Of a DNA stretch of 64,000 nt, positions 28,341 through 38,021 are shown piece after piece. Position 1 is the first letter of the stretch. Each line of letters begins with the position of its first letter. A model generated the notes under the pieces. The model did not search any database. It saw only the letters and a program-made list of their open reading frames with translations, and was not told the DNA's origin. A program made the translations under genes and the position numbers. This DNA is from an uncultured Candidatus Entotheonella sp. (lineage in GTDB: Bacteria > Tectomicrobia > Entotheonellia > Entotheonellales > Entotheonellaceae): contig OZ244252.1 of the NCBI GenBank assembly GCA_965217185.1, positions 544,001 through 608,000 on the forward strand. The letters run 5' to 3'.

Positions 28341-30269
28341 ATGACCCGCCGGGTGCAATGCCTGTTGTGGACCGCGGCGCTGTTGACGTGGCCTTGTCTG
28401 GCCTTGGCGCAGGTAAGCTATGACTTCGCCGCCGCAGCCAGCGACGTAGCGGGCCAGTTGGCGCAGCGTTTTCCCCATCTGCAGGGCGAGGTGGTCGACG
28501 TGCAAGGCGAGCAGCTTTACGTCAGCTTGGGGGCGCGGGATCAGGTGCTTGAGGGCATGCGGCTGAACGTGTTCCGAGAAGGCGACGAGTTGACTTCTCC
28601 CAGCACCGGCGAGGTATTGGGTCGGCTGGAAGAGGACCTGGGAACAGTCACGGTGACGCAGGTGGCCGAGACATACGCCGTGGCGGCGCTGACGAACACC
28701 GCTAGCGGCGTGAAGGTGCAAGCCGGCGACAAGGTGCGGATTACCGCCGGGCGGTTATCATTGGGCTTGCTGCCGGTAAGCGACCAGACCGGACGCGCGA
28801 TGCCGTTGGCCGCGCTTGTCGATGCCGTGCAACACGGCCTCAATGCCACTGGCCGGTTTCACGTGGTGCCGAGGGCGCGTCTGGCGGTATGGTTATTGGA
28901 ACGTGGCCTGTCGCCAGGAGAAGTACTAGCGCCCGAGGTCATGTCTGAGGCGGCGAGCGCTTTGGGCATGACCTACATCGCGCAGCCGGTGTTGCGGGAC
29001 GCTGGCGATACGATGGTTGTCGAGCTCCGTTTGTTTGCACCCGCTCAACCGCAAACGTCCGTGACCACAACCCTGGCCATGCTTTCAGAAGCCGCGCCAA
29101 TGCGCCAGCGGCCTGCCTCACCCCCCGTTCCTCAACCCCCCGCCACCGTTTCCACGCCGCCAACCGGCCCCGATTCGCCGCCTGCCGCGGCGGTTCCGAC
29201 GCTCCCGGCGCCGACGGACAATCTAACGACGTTGCAGAGCCTGCTGAGCGCTGACCCGCTTGCGCTTGAAAAGAGCTACGTGCCGTTGGCGCAATTCCCC
29301 ACCGAGTTGCGCGGTTTTGATGCCGCAGACATCGACGGCGACGGCCAGAGCGAACTGGTGATGCTCAGTGACACAAAGGTGCTTTTGTATCACGTGCAGG
29401 AACGCCAACTGGTTTCCATCGCTTCCTATTCCGACAACCGCCCCGGCACTTTGTTGAGCGCGCAACTGGTGCGACTTGGCGACGGGCAGACGCCGGGTGT
29501 GGTGGTGAATCGTTACAGCCCTAACCGAAGGGGCATGGATTCGTTCTTCCTGGCCCTACAGGGTAATCAGTTGGTTCGACAGCAGAAGGGCCTGTCGGAT
29601 ATTTTGCTCGCCGTGGATACTGATGGCGACGGGGTGAATGAAAGCATTTGGGGGCAGCCCTTCGACGGCAAGGATTTTTTCCGGCGCGGTCAAGTGAGGC
29701 AATACGAACTGCGGAACGGCCGCTTGAAGCGGCAGCGGAAGTTGTCGCTGCCCGGCGGGTTCCGTGCCACCGGCGCTGCGCTGGCCCAACTCGGGGTACT
29801 GGGAAACCGTCAGTTGGTATTCGTGGATGAGCGCCACAACCTGCAGGTGTACGATGGCAAGACCAGGCGCTGGAAGTCTAGGACAAACGTAGGGGGCAGC
29901 TACGTGTTTGCCGCGCTGGAAATACAATACAGCCCCAGGGTCGCTGATCAGGCACAGTTTGACTTCGAGGCCATTCCGGCGGTGGCGGACCTTGACGGCG
30001 ACGGCATTGACGAGGTGCTGGTTCCGCAGAATCAGAGCCAGCTCGGCGTGGTTCCGAATCTGAACCTGTACAGCGGTGGTCATGTGGTGCTGATGCGGCA
30101 GACGCCGCAAGGCTTCGCGCTGTCGCCGGTCAGTCCGGGATTCGATGGCGTGGTGAGCGGCGTTGCGGTGCTGAAGGGCCGTACGCCGGGGATTCTGGTG
30201 GCGGTTTCCAAGCGGGAAGGGGTACTGAAGCAGAAAAAGCAGACGATTCTCTATCTGAATCGGTTATAA
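28341..30269 (+). CDS. Secreted multidomain protein: FlgT_C-like + CsgG/TolB_N-like + Pro-rich linker + FG-GAP/VCBS propeller
   Basis: Signal peptide ALA|Q; YVSLG...PSTGEVLG segment; GRFHVVPR...ASALG segment; PPVPQPP linker; Ca-binding-type loops DIDGDGQSE, DTDGDGVNE, DLDGDGIDE. Confidence 0.7.
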   Translation: MTRRVQCLLWTAALLTWPCLALAQVSYDFAAAASDVAGQLAQRFPHLQGEVVDVQGEQLYVSLGARDQVLEGMRLNVFREGDELTSPSTGEVLGRLEEDLGTVTVTQVAETYAVAALTNTASGVKVQAGDKVRITAGRLSLGLLPVSDQTGRAMPLAALVDAVQHGLNATGRFHVVPRARLAVWLLERGLSPGEVLAPEVMSEAASALGMTYIAQPVLRDAGDTMVVELRLFAPAQPQTSVTTTLAMLSEAAPMRQRPASPPVPQPPATVSTPPTGPDSPPAAAVPTLPAPTDNLTTLQSLLSADPLALEKSYVPLAQFPTELRGFDAADIDGDGQSELVMLSDTKVLLYHVQERQLVSIASYSDNRPGTLLSAQLVRLGDGQTPGVVVNRYSPNRRGMDSFFLALQGNQLVRQQKGLSDILLAVDTDGDGVNESIWGQPFDGKDFFRRGQVRQYELRNGRLKRQRKLSLPGGFRATGAALAQLGVLGNRQLVFVDERHNLQVYDGKTRRWKSRTNVGGSYVFAALEIQYSPRVADQAQFDFEAIPAVADLDGDGIDEVLVPQNQSQLGVVPNLNLYSGGHVVLMRQTPQGFALSPVSPGFDGVVSGVAVLKGRTPGILVAVSKREGVLKQKKQTILYLNRL

Positions 30270-30276
30270 GCGGAGT

Positions 30277-30307
30277 GTCGGATTACGCTGCGCTAATCCG
30301 ACCTACA
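30277..30307. repeat. GTAG-family REP (copy 4) between convergent genes
   Basis: GTCGGATTACGCTGCGCTAATCCGACCTACA. Confidence 0.8.
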
Positions 30308-30323
30308 GCAACCGGTTGGCGGA

Positions 30324-31163
30324 TCAAATGACCGAGGTGACGAAGAGAGCCGTGGACAGGTAGGCGCTGGCCTCCAGCAAGCCGGCAGCGATGTTTTTGT
30401 CCTCGGCGACTTCGTTATCCAGCAGGGTGCTGCGAAACCGGATTGGCCCGCCGAGAATCAGGCACTGTACTACCAGTTGCCGCACCGGGTAGAACACCAC
30501 GACGACCAGCAGGGCGATGGCGAAGCTTAGCAGCGAGTCCGCCAGGGTCGTGAATTCGCCCGACGCGGCCTGTCCGACCACGATGCCCATGGCGATCAGC
30601 AATCCCGCCTGCGCAAGACCCGCCGCCAGGTTGCCGGAACCGATTTCGTGCACGTCGTCGTAACCGGTGAGCCAGCGAAAAACGTAGGTCATGGCCAGCA
30701 AGGCCAACTGGCCCAGGATGAAGAAGAGCAGCAGTATCCAGAAGCCGCCGCCTTCGCCGTCCAACGCCCCGCTATAGGTCAGGCTGGTAGCGACGTAGGC
30801 CCCGGCGACCACGACGGCGGCCGCGACGTTGTGCGCCTCCAGTTGTTCGCGCACGTGCAAGCCCAGGAAGAGCCGGCAACTGACCAGCGTCGTCACGGTC
30901 AGCAGCACGATGCCCAATCCGCCGTATAGCGCCACGTCCAGCACGTCCTGCCACAGGCCGCGGCCCGGCGTGCCGAGCAGCACGGTAATGGTCCAGATCA
31001 CTCCGAACAGATACCCCGCTACGGCCAGGCCCATGGCCGGATTGTCGTGATCGGTCAGCGCTACCCGCAGGCTGAAACCGAGCATCCACTGCAGAACCAG
31101 GCGAGCCAGGACCAGCAGGATCAATGGCGCCGCAACCACAAAGACGACTTCCGTAACACTCAT
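30324..31163 (-). CDS. DUF350 domain membrane protein
   Basis: Repeated NPAMGL / NVAAAV / NLAAGL / NIAAGL motifs between TM helices; start ATG 31163. Confidence 0.8.
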   Translation of the reverse strand: MSVTEVVFVVAAPLILLVLARLVLQWMLGFSLRVALTDHDNPAMGLAVAGYLFGVIWTITVLLGTPGRGLWQDVLDVALYGGLGIVLLTVTTLVSCRLFLGLHVREQLEAHNVAAAVVVAGAYVATSLTYSGALDGEGGGFWILLLFFILGQLALLAMTYVFRWLTGYDDVHEIGSGNLAAGLAQAGLLIAMGIVVGQAASGEFTTLADSLLSFAIALLVVVVFYPVRQLVVQCLILGGPIRFRSTLLDNEVAEDKNIAAGLLEASAYLSTALFVTSVI

Positions 31164-31231
31164 TGCTGGCTTCCTTTGCGAGGGTATCGTGCGCGATAAA
31201 AGGCGAAGTGCGAGCGCAGTATAGCACAGCG

Positions 31232-32845
31232 TCAGGCGGTCCGGCGTTGGCGTATGAATAGGATGAGGGGGGCCACCGCAAGGCACAAGATGACCACCAG
31301 CATGAAGCAATCCTGGTAGGCCGCCACGGACGCCTGTTGCACCAGGTGCCGCTGCACCATGGCCAGGGTCTTGGCTTCCACCATGCCGCCGATCTCACCG
31401 GCGTGCAGCAGGAGGTTGTGGACGGGCGCCACCACGTCGGGCCAGGGCAGGGGCGAGGCCACCTGCTCCTGGGCCAGCATGCCGCTGTGGTAGGTGGTGC
31501 GGCGCTGCAAAACGGTGGTCATCAGGGCCAGACCCATGGTGCCGCCGAGGCCGTGCTGGATCAGATTGATCAGCCCGGAGCCCATGCGCACCTGATCGGG
31601 CCGCAGCACCATCAATGACGCCGCTGCCATCGGGATGAAGATGAACCCCATGGTGAAATAGCGCGCTGCGATCATGCCGATCATCCAGCTCGTGGGGTGG
31701 TCGAGGCTGAGGAAGGAAAACGCATACGTGGCCGCCATAAACATGCCCAAGCCGCAATACATCACCAATCGGCGGTCGACCATGTCCACGAGGCGCCCGG
31801 CGCAGACCGTCGTGAGGGCCATGCCCAGGGCACCCGGCAGCACGATAAATCCCGCCTGTGCCGGGGTGTAGTCGAACAGTCGCTGCAACAGGAAGGTCTG
31901 CAGAAAGTTGGTGCCCCAAAAACCCATGGCGGTGACGAACAAAGCTATCGACACCGCCGCAAAGCCCAGATTGTTGAACAGGCGCAAATCGACCAGCGGC
32001 TCCTTGCGGTAGAACTCGATGACAAGGAAAGTGACAAACGACAGGCAGGCGGTGAGCAGCAGGCATTGCGTCAGCGGCGCGTCCCAGCCGTAGCGTTGGC
32101 CTTGGCTCAAAGCAATGAGCAGGCTGACCAGAAACACCGTGAGGGTGACCAGGCCGGGCAGGTCCAAATGGCGCTTGATCGTTTCTCGGGTGTTTGGAAT
32201 GACCAGAAGCACCAGCACGATGCCGATAATGCCCGGCAAGGTGTTGAGATAGAAAATCATGCGCCAGTGCATGTATTCGGTGACGTAACCGCCGAGCACC
32301 GGGCCGACGACCGGGCCGCACGACATGCCGAGCCCGTACAGGCCCATGGCGAGGCCGCGCTGGTGAGGCGGGAAGGTCTGCGTGAGAAACACCATGGCCA
32401 TCGGCATCACGGGGCCGCCGCCGATCCCTTGCAGGATGCGGAAAAAGATCAGGGCGTTGCCGCTCCAGGCGAGGCCGCAAAGGACGGAACTGACGACGAA
32501 GATCGACAGACTGATGAATAGCAGGTTGCGGTTGCCCATGACGTTGCCCAGCCAACCGACCGTGGGCACCATGACGGCGCCGGCGATCATGTAGGAATTG
32601 ATGATCCACTGGACCTGGTCGAGATTCATGCTGAAGGTGGTCATGATCGGCGGCAGGGCGAGGTTGACCGTGGCGTTGTTCATGATGACGATGAAGGCGT
32701 TCAGCATGACCGTGACGGCCATCCACCACTTGTAGGACGAGCTGTCGGGAGAAATGCGCGGTCCGGCGCCGCGTTGCTGCGGGTGCATCTCGGGGTTTGC
32801 CTGCAGCGGTGCCGGAGGCGGTTGGCGAATGGTGCCAGCGGCCAT
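31232..32845 (-). CDS. DHA2 family (EmrB/QacA) MFS efflux permease
   Basis: TVNLALP, WIINSY, FRILQGIGGG, GPVLGGY, WRMIFYLN; about 14 TM helices. Confidence 0.92.
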   Translation of the reverse strand: MAAGTIRQPPPAPLQANPEMHPQQRGAGPRISPDSSSYKWWMAVTVMLNAFIVIMNNATVNLALPPIMTTFSMNLDQVQWIINSYMIAGAVMVPTVGWLGNVMGNRNLLFISLSIFVVSSVLCGLAWSGNALIFFRILQGIGGGPVMPMAMVFLTQTFPPHQRGLAMGLYGLGMSCGPVVGPVLGGYVTEYMHWRMIFYLNTLPGIIGIVLVLLVIPNTRETIKRHLDLPGLVTLTVFLVSLLIALSQGQRYGWDAPLTQCLLLTACLSFVTFLVIEFYRKEPLVDLRLFNNLGFAAVSIALFVTAMGFWGTNFLQTFLLQRLFDYTPAQAGFIVLPGALGMALTTVCAGRLVDMVDRRLVMYCGLGMFMAATYAFSFLSLDHPTSWMIGMIAARYFTMGFIFIPMAAASLMVLRPDQVRMGSGLINLIQHGLGGTMGLALMTTVLQRRTTYHSGMLAQEQVASPLPWPDVVAPVHNLLLHAGEIGGMVEAKTLAMVQRHLVQQASVAAYQDCFMLVVILCLAVAPLILFIRQRRTA

Positions 32846-32915
32846 GGATATTGATCCTTACGAGAAAACGGCGTGATCAAGGAAGAGAAAGGTAGGAAAG
32901 AGACGTGATGCCTCA

Positions 32916-32944
32916 AGTATAGTCATTGCACTTGAAAAGGACAA
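32916..32944 (-). promoter_or_regulatory. Sigma70-type promoter for the DHA2 gene
   Basis: TTGTCC-N17-TATACT on the minus strand. Confidence 0.55.
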
Positions 32945-33087
32945 ACAAGCGTTTGGTAGAATCGCTGAGCCTGGAGGGCGAAAAAACCGTTGACAGCGGC
33001 GGGTTGGCATATAACCATGCCGTGCCGTGTGAGGCTCCTTTGGCCGGGGACTCGCAAATACGAATGTAATTTAACGAAGGACGGGAC

Positions 33088-33921
33088 ATGACACGTATCG
33101 GACTCCTTCACCCTGGAGCAATGGGCGCTTCCGTGGGGGCCGCGGCGAGCGGCAACGGACACACCGTGCTGTGGGCGTCTCAAGGCCGTTCCGCTGCCAC
33201 GCAGGAGCGAGCGCAGCGCGGCGCCTTGCAAGACGTTGCCACGGTGCCGGAGGTGCTGGCGTCGAGCGAGATTCTGCTGTCCATCTGCCCGCCGCACGCC
33301 GCCGAGGACGTTGCCGCCGAGGTCGCTGAATGCGGTTTTGCGGGCTTGTATGTCGACTGCAACGCCGTATCGCCGGAACGCACGCGCGGCATTCAGCGGA
33401 TCGTCGAGAAGGGCGGCGCGGACTATGTCGATGGCGGCATCATCGGCGGACCGGCCTGGACGCGCGAAGCCGAGACCCACCTGTATCTGTCCGGTCCGCG
33501 AGCCGAGGAGGTGTCCGCGTGCTTTGCCGACAGCCCGCTGTCTGCCCCGGTTATCTCCGAGCGTATCGGTGCTGCCTCGGCGCTCAAAATGGGTTACGCT
33601 GCCTTCACCAAGGGCAGCACGGCCTTGCTGACCGCCATCCTTGGCATGGTCGAGAAAGAGGGCGTGCGGACTGATTTGGCGCGCCAATGGGGCGACGCCT
33701 TCACGACCCAGACCGTGCGGCGCGTTTGTGACAACACCGCCAAAGCGTGGCGTTTCGAGGGCGAGATGCACGAGATTGCGGCAACGTTCCACGCGGCCGG
33801 CCTGCCGGACGGATTTCATCAAGCGGCGGCTGAAGTTTTTCGGCGGCTCGCCGGCTTCAAGGACTATGGCTCGCCGCCGGATATCGAAACGGTATTGGAA
33901 GTCTTGCTGAAGCGGGAATAA
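33088..33921 (+). CDS. NAD(P)-dependent oxidoreductase (6PGD/3-hydroxyisobutyrate dehydrogenase-like, DUF1932)
   Basis: IGLLHPGAMG, DCNAVSP, VDGGIIGGP, ASALKM, KAWRFEGEMHEIA. Confidence 0.85.
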   Translation: MTRIGLLHPGAMGASVGAAASGNGHTVLWASQGRSAATQERAQRGALQDVATVPEVLASSEILLSICPPHAAEDVAAEVAECGFAGLYVDCNAVSPERTRGIQRIVEKGGADYVDGGIIGGPAWTREAETHLYLSGPRAEEVSACFADSPLSAPVISERIGAASALKMGYAAFTKGSTALLTAILGMVEKEGVRTDLARQWGDAFTTQTVRRVCDNTAKAWRFEGEMHEIAATFHAAGLPDGFHQAAAEVFRRLAGFKDYGSPPDIETVLEVLLKRE

Positions 33922-33950
33922 CTGGAACATCGAGGAAAGGAATAAACAGG

Positions 33951-34400
33951 ATGAGCGATCAAGCGACATTGCAGGGCATCGCGGTGCGCGGCGCGAGCCG
34001 TGCTCCCATGCGGGAAGTGCAGGAAGCCAGCGTGACAGTGACGGACGGCATTGTGGAGGATTACCGCGGCACCGGCCTTCGGCAGGTCACCTTCATCGAC
34101 GCCGGGCAGTGGCGACAGGTGGTGGGGGAGTTGGGCGTGGACTTGCCGTGGCACACGCGCCGCGCCAATTTGCTGGTCGACGGCCTCGATCTGCCGGCTA
34201 TGGTCGGCAGCCGTTTGCGCATCGGCGAATGCTTGTTCGAGATCCATGGGGAAACGGAGCCCTGCGAACGCATGGACGAATTGCAGGCCGGCTTGCGCGC
34301 GGGGTTGGCCCCGGAGATGCGCGGCGGAGTGTGGGGCAAGGTGCTGGAGAGTGGCCACTTGCGGGTGGGTCAGTCCGTCGAGATCTCGGAATCGGAATAG
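33951..34400 (+). CDS. MOSC domain protein
   Basis: RQVT, RRANLLVDG, PCERM (conserved Cys), RGG, GHLRVG. Confidence 0.88.
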   Translation: MSDQATLQGIAVRGASRAPMREVQEASVTVTDGIVEDYRGTGLRQVTFIDAGQWRQVVGELGVDLPWHTRRANLLVDGLDLPAMVGSRLRIGECLFEIHGETEPCERMDELQAGLRAGLAPEMRGGVWGKVLESGHLRVGQSVEISESE

Positions 34401-34417
34401 GTGGGGCGAGGTTCTTC

Positions 34418-35194
34418 ATGGCTGAAAGCATCCTGTACGACAAGAACGAGCAGATCGTCACGATTACCTTGAATCGCCCCGAAGCGCTGAACGCGATCAA
34501 TCGGCAACTGAAGCAGGAATTCATCGACGCGGTGCTGCAATTCGACCAGGACGATGGCGCCCGCGTGGCCATCGTTACCGGTTCCGGGCGGGCCTTCTGC
34601 GCCGGGCGGGACCTGAAGGAGCGTACGTCCGACAACGCCGCCGGGGTTCAGGCGCGGGCCAGCGACAGTTTGGGCAATGAGAGCCTGTCGATGTTTCCGC
34701 GTATCTGGAAGCCGGTTATCGCCGCCATCAATGGGTATGCCATGGCCGGGGGTTGGGCTATCGCCCAGATGTGCGATCTGCGTCTGGCTGCCGACGATGC
34801 CAAGCTGGGCATTACGGAATCGCGCTGGAGCCTGCTGCCGCCGTTCGCGGCCCATCTCGCCCGGCTTATTCCGATGGCCAACGTTCTGGAGTTGGTTTTC
34901 ACGGCGGAGCCGATAACCGCCCAGCGCGCTTGTGAAATTGGCTTCGTGAACAAGGTGGTGCCGAAAGACCGGCTGATGGACGAGGCCCTGGATCTGGCGC
35001 GGCGTATGGTCCGCAATGCCCCATTGTCGCTGCGCATGTTCAAGGAGTTGGCCTACCGCGGTCAGGAAATGGGCGAGCGGGAAATCGCGGCGCTGACGCG
35101 CGCCATGTATGACCAGTTGCTGGTGAGCGAGGATGCCAAGGAGGGGCCGCGGGCTTTCGCCGAGAAGCGGGCGCCGCAATGGAAAGGCAAGTAG
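34418..35194 (+). CDS. Enoyl-CoA hydratase/isomerase (crotonase) family protein
   Basis: LNRPEALNAI, AFCAGRDL, KPVIAAINGYAMAGG, EGPRAFAEKR; true start MAESILY at 34418. Confidence 0.93.
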   Translation: MAESILYDKNEQIVTITLNRPEALNAINRQLKQEFIDAVLQFDQDDGARVAIVTGSGRAFCAGRDLKERTSDNAAGVQARASDSLGNESLSMFPRIWKPVIAAINGYAMAGGWAIAQMCDLRLAADDAKLGITESRWSLLPPFAAHLARLIPMANVLELVFTAEPITAQRACEIGFVNKVVPKDRLMDEALDLARRMVRNAPLSLRMFKELAYRGQEMGEREIAALTRAMYDQLLVSEDAKEGPRAFAEKRAPQWKGK

Positions 35195-35255
35195 CAGCGG
35201 GGGGAGCCCCTGCGTTTTGAGAGCATATTAAGATTAAATGGACTCTGAGGTAGAT

Positions 35256-36044
35256 ATGTCGTACACAACGCTTTTGTTTGACGTTCGTGACGGGGTGGCG
35301 CGCATTACGTTGAACCGGCCTGACGCCGCCAACGCCGTCGACACCGAGCTGGCCAGGGATCTCATGTACGCGGCCATGCAATGCAGCGAGGACGCCGGAA
35401 TTCGTGCTGTCATCGTCACGGGAAACGGCCCGATGTTTTCCGCCGGTGGCGATTTGAAGGGCTTCGGGGCGCAGGGCGACAACCTGCCGTATCACTTGAA
35501 GGAGGTGACGACCTATTTCCACGCCGCGGTGTCGCGCTTCATGCGCATGGACCCGCCGGTGGTGGCGGCCGTCAATGGCATGGCGGCCGGCGCCGGCATG
35601 AGCTTGGCGTGCGGCGCCGACATCGTATTGGCGGCCGAGTCGGCCCGTTTCACGATGGCCTACACCCGTGCCGGACTGACGCCGGACGGCTCGTCTACGT
35701 ATTACCTGCCGCGCATTGTGGGTTTGAAACGGGCTTTGGAGCTGACCCTGACCAACCGCATGTTGTCGGCGCAGGAGGCGTGTGAATGGGGGTTGGCGAC
35801 CCGGGTTGTACCGGACGCCCAACTGCAGGAAGAAGCCGACGCCTTGGCCGGACAACTGGCCAGTGGCGCCACGAGGGCATTGGGCATGGCGAAGCGATTG
35901 CTGCACGGCGGCTGGACGGGCACCTTGGAAACGCAGATGGAACACGAGACGCAGGCCATTGCGGAATTGTCGCGCAGTGAGGATGCCAAAGAGGGGCTGA
36001 GCGCATTTCTGGAGAAGCGTAAGCCAACGTTCAAGGGGCGCTAA
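35256..36044 (+). CDS. Enoyl-CoA hydratase/isomerase family protein (PaaG-like)
   Basis: LNRPDAANA, FSAGGDL, AAGAG, GLTPDGSS, EGLSAFLEKRKP. Confidence 0.92.
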   Translation: MSYTTLLFDVRDGVARITLNRPDAANAVDTELARDLMYAAMQCSEDAGIRAVIVTGNGPMFSAGGDLKGFGAQGDNLPYHLKEVTTYFHAAVSRFMRMDPPVVAAVNGMAAGAGMSLACGADIVLAAESARFTMAYTRAGLTPDGSSTYYLPRIVGLKRALELTLTNRMLSAQEACEWGLATRVVPDAQLQEEADALAGQLASGATRALGMAKRLLHGGWTGTLETQMEHETQAIAELSRSEDAKEGLSAFLEKRKPTFKGR

Positions 36045-36088
36045 GGGAGGGCATCCTTAAGCGCAGTGGAAGGTCGGATTACACTGCC

Positions 36089-36964
36089 CTACAGCGTGCG
36101 CAGCCAGTCGGCGATAGCTTGGCCGATCTCGTCCGGGGTGTCCTCCTGGATGAAGTGAATCCCCGGTACTGTCACTTCCGTTTGATTTGGCCAAGTGCGG
36201 CAAAACTCGCGCTGCTCGCCGATCAGGATGGCGCCGGGGTCGGCGTTGACAAACAGCTTGGGAACAGGGGACTGGCGCAGCCACACGGCGTAGTTGCCGA
36301 CTATTTCGTTCACATCCTCCGGCTCGCCTTCAATGGGGATTTCCTGTGGCCACGTCAAGGTGGGCCGGCGGCCCTCCCCAGCTTCAAGATAGGGCCGGCG
36401 ATATTCCGCCATTTCTTCATCCGTTAGTTTCCGCTTGATTGATCCCGGCAGCACGCGCTCGATGAACAGATTGTACGTGAGGACCATGGACTCGCCGTTA
36501 ATAGAACGGAACCCCTGGAAGATCTGCAACGCAGCTTCCGGCCATTGCGTCCAGGTTAGCGGCTGCACAATGGCCTCCATATAGGCCAGCCCTTTGACGG
36601 CGTGGCGGTTCCGGTTGGACCAATCGAAACCGAGGGCCGAGCCCCAGTCGTGCATCACGAACGTCACCTTGTCATTGACGCCGACCGCTTCCAGAAAGGC
36701 GTCGAGGTACCGTCGGTGCTCCACGAAGCGGTAGCGATTCGGGCCGCTGTCCTCCAGCTTGTCCGAATCTCCCATGCCGATGAGATCCGGCGCGATACAA
36801 CGGCCGAGTCCCGTAAGGTGCGGAATGATGCCGCGCCACAGGTAGGACGAGGTCGGGTTGCCGTGCAACAGGACAATGGGGTCACCCTCGCCGGCCTCGA
36901 CGTAGGCCATGTTGTGATCCAGCACCTGGGCGCGTTTCTTGGCAATCGATGACATGGCGGTCAT
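36089..36964 (-). CDS. Haloalkane dehalogenase (HLD-II, LinB/DhaA-like)
   Basis: HGNPTSSYLWR, PDLIGMGDS, nucleophile HDWGS, YMEA, HFIQED. Confidence 0.92.
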   Translation of the reverse strand: MTAMSSIAKKRAQVLDHNMAYVEAGEGDPIVLLHGNPTSSYLWRGIIPHLTGLGRCIAPDLIGMGDSDKLEDSGPNRYRFVEHRRYLDAFLEAVGVNDKVTFVMHDWGSALGFDWSNRNRHAVKGLAYMEAIVQPLTWTQWPEAALQIFQGFRSINGESMVLTYNLFIERVLPGSIKRKLTDEEMAEYRRPYLEAGEGRRPTLTWPQEIPIEGEPEDVNEIVGNYAVWLRQSPVPKLFVNADPGAILIGEQREFCRTWPNQTEVTVPGIHFIQEDTPDEIGQAIADWLRTL

Positions 36965-36975
36965 CCTTCTCTCTC

Positions 36976-37917
36976 CTACAGCTTGCCATTCAGGCTCTTG
37001 AGTAGCCCCCAGGTGCGCGCAATGGACGCATCAGCGTCGTCGCCCACCGGAAAGATTGACGCCAGGAAGTCCGTCGCGCCCGCAGACGCAAACGCCCGCA
37101 ATTGCTGCTCCACCTGAGCCTCGTTTCCAACCACCGCGACGTCAGCCGCCCCTTCCACGCCCTCGATATCCAACAGGCGGCGGTAATTGAGCAACTGCCC
37201 GTAGCGGTTGAAAATACCGTCGGCAACCTCGTGTCCGCCTTCCGGGCTGTCGGTCACGGCAACCGGCAGGCCGACACACACACGCGGCTGCCCGCGTCCT
37301 GCCGATTTGGCCGCAGCGCTGATGCGCGGCACGATGTGCGATTCAATGGTCTTTCTTCCCGCCATCCAGGTAATGGTGCCGTCCGCCAACTCGCCGGTGA
37401 GGCGCAGCATGCGCGGTGCCAGAGCCGCCACCAGAACGGGGAATGCGGCGGTGTCCGGCACCTGCAACTCCACCTTGACGTTGTAGACATTGCCTCCAAA
37501 GTCCACCCGGCCTTCGCTGATCAGAGGCCGCAACACCGACAGATACTCCTCCATGTGCTGGGCGGCGCCGTCATACGACAGGCCCATCATGCCCTCGACC
37601 AGCGGCCGGTGGGACAGGCCGATGCCCAAAGCCAGCCGGCCATTGCTGGCCCGCTGCGTAGTGAGGGCGTGCTGTGCCATGCCCAGCGGATGATACGGAT
37701 AGGTTGGGACAACGGCCGTGCCGAGCTCGATACGGCTTGTGTGTTGGCCGACGACTGCGAGGGCCGTCAGCGCGTCGTAGCCGAACATCAACAAGTGCGG
37801 GACCCAGAAGTGGCTGAAGCCGTCCGTCTCGGCCTGTTTCACCTGCTGCGTCAGTCTTTCGAGGTTGTCCACTTCGCGTCGTGCACCCGCAAATATTCCA
37901 ATACGCATGTAATTCAT
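36976..37917 (-). CDS. LLM-class, probably F420-dependent oxidoreductase (MSMEG_4879-like)
   Basis: ELGTAVVPTYP.HP, GRLALGIGLSH, AALAPRMLRLTGELADGTITW. Confidence 0.85.
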   Translation of the reverse strand: MNYMRIGIFAGARREVDNLERLTQQVKQAETDGFSHFWVPHLLMFGYDALTALAVVGQHTSRIELGTAVVPTYPYHPLGMAQHALTTQRASNGRLALGIGLSHRPLVEGMMGLSYDGAAQHMEEYLSVLRPLISEGRVDFGGNVYNVKVELQVPDTAAFPVLVAALAPRMLRLTGELADGTITWMAGRKTIESHIVPRISAAAKSAGRGQPRVCVGLPVAVTDSPEGGHEVADGIFNRYGQLLNYRRLLDIEGVEGAADVAVVGNEAQVEQQLRAFASAGATDFLASIFPVGDDADASIARTWGLLKSLNGKL

Positions 37918-37980
37918 CCTTATCGTGTCGTGATGATTGCAATGCCGCGTCGAAAGGGGGGAGTGTTGCCGGGTATGGGT

Positions 37981-38012
37981 GGTAGCCCCCCGGCCTGGGC
38001 GAGGAGGCTACC
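37981..38012 (-). other. Intergenic stem-loop between the XoxJ-like and LLM genes
   Basis: Minus strand GGTAGCCTCCT / GGGGGGCTACC 11-bp stem (with GU pairs); no U-tract in the transcription direction. Confidence 0.5.
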
Positions 38013-38021
38013 GATAATTTT

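Noticed and set aside
27214..30307. Palindromic repeats as a CRISPR array
   Set aside because: Copies are separated by whole genes, vary in orientation, have no regular spacers, and no cas genes are present.
36089..37917. Possible bioluminescence pair (Renilla-luciferase homologue next to a bacterial-luciferase-fold protein)
   Set aside because: HGNPTSS is the dehalogenase-type motif (Renilla luciferase has Ala at the Pro position), the LLM is of the F420 oxidoreductase type, and no lux genes are present.
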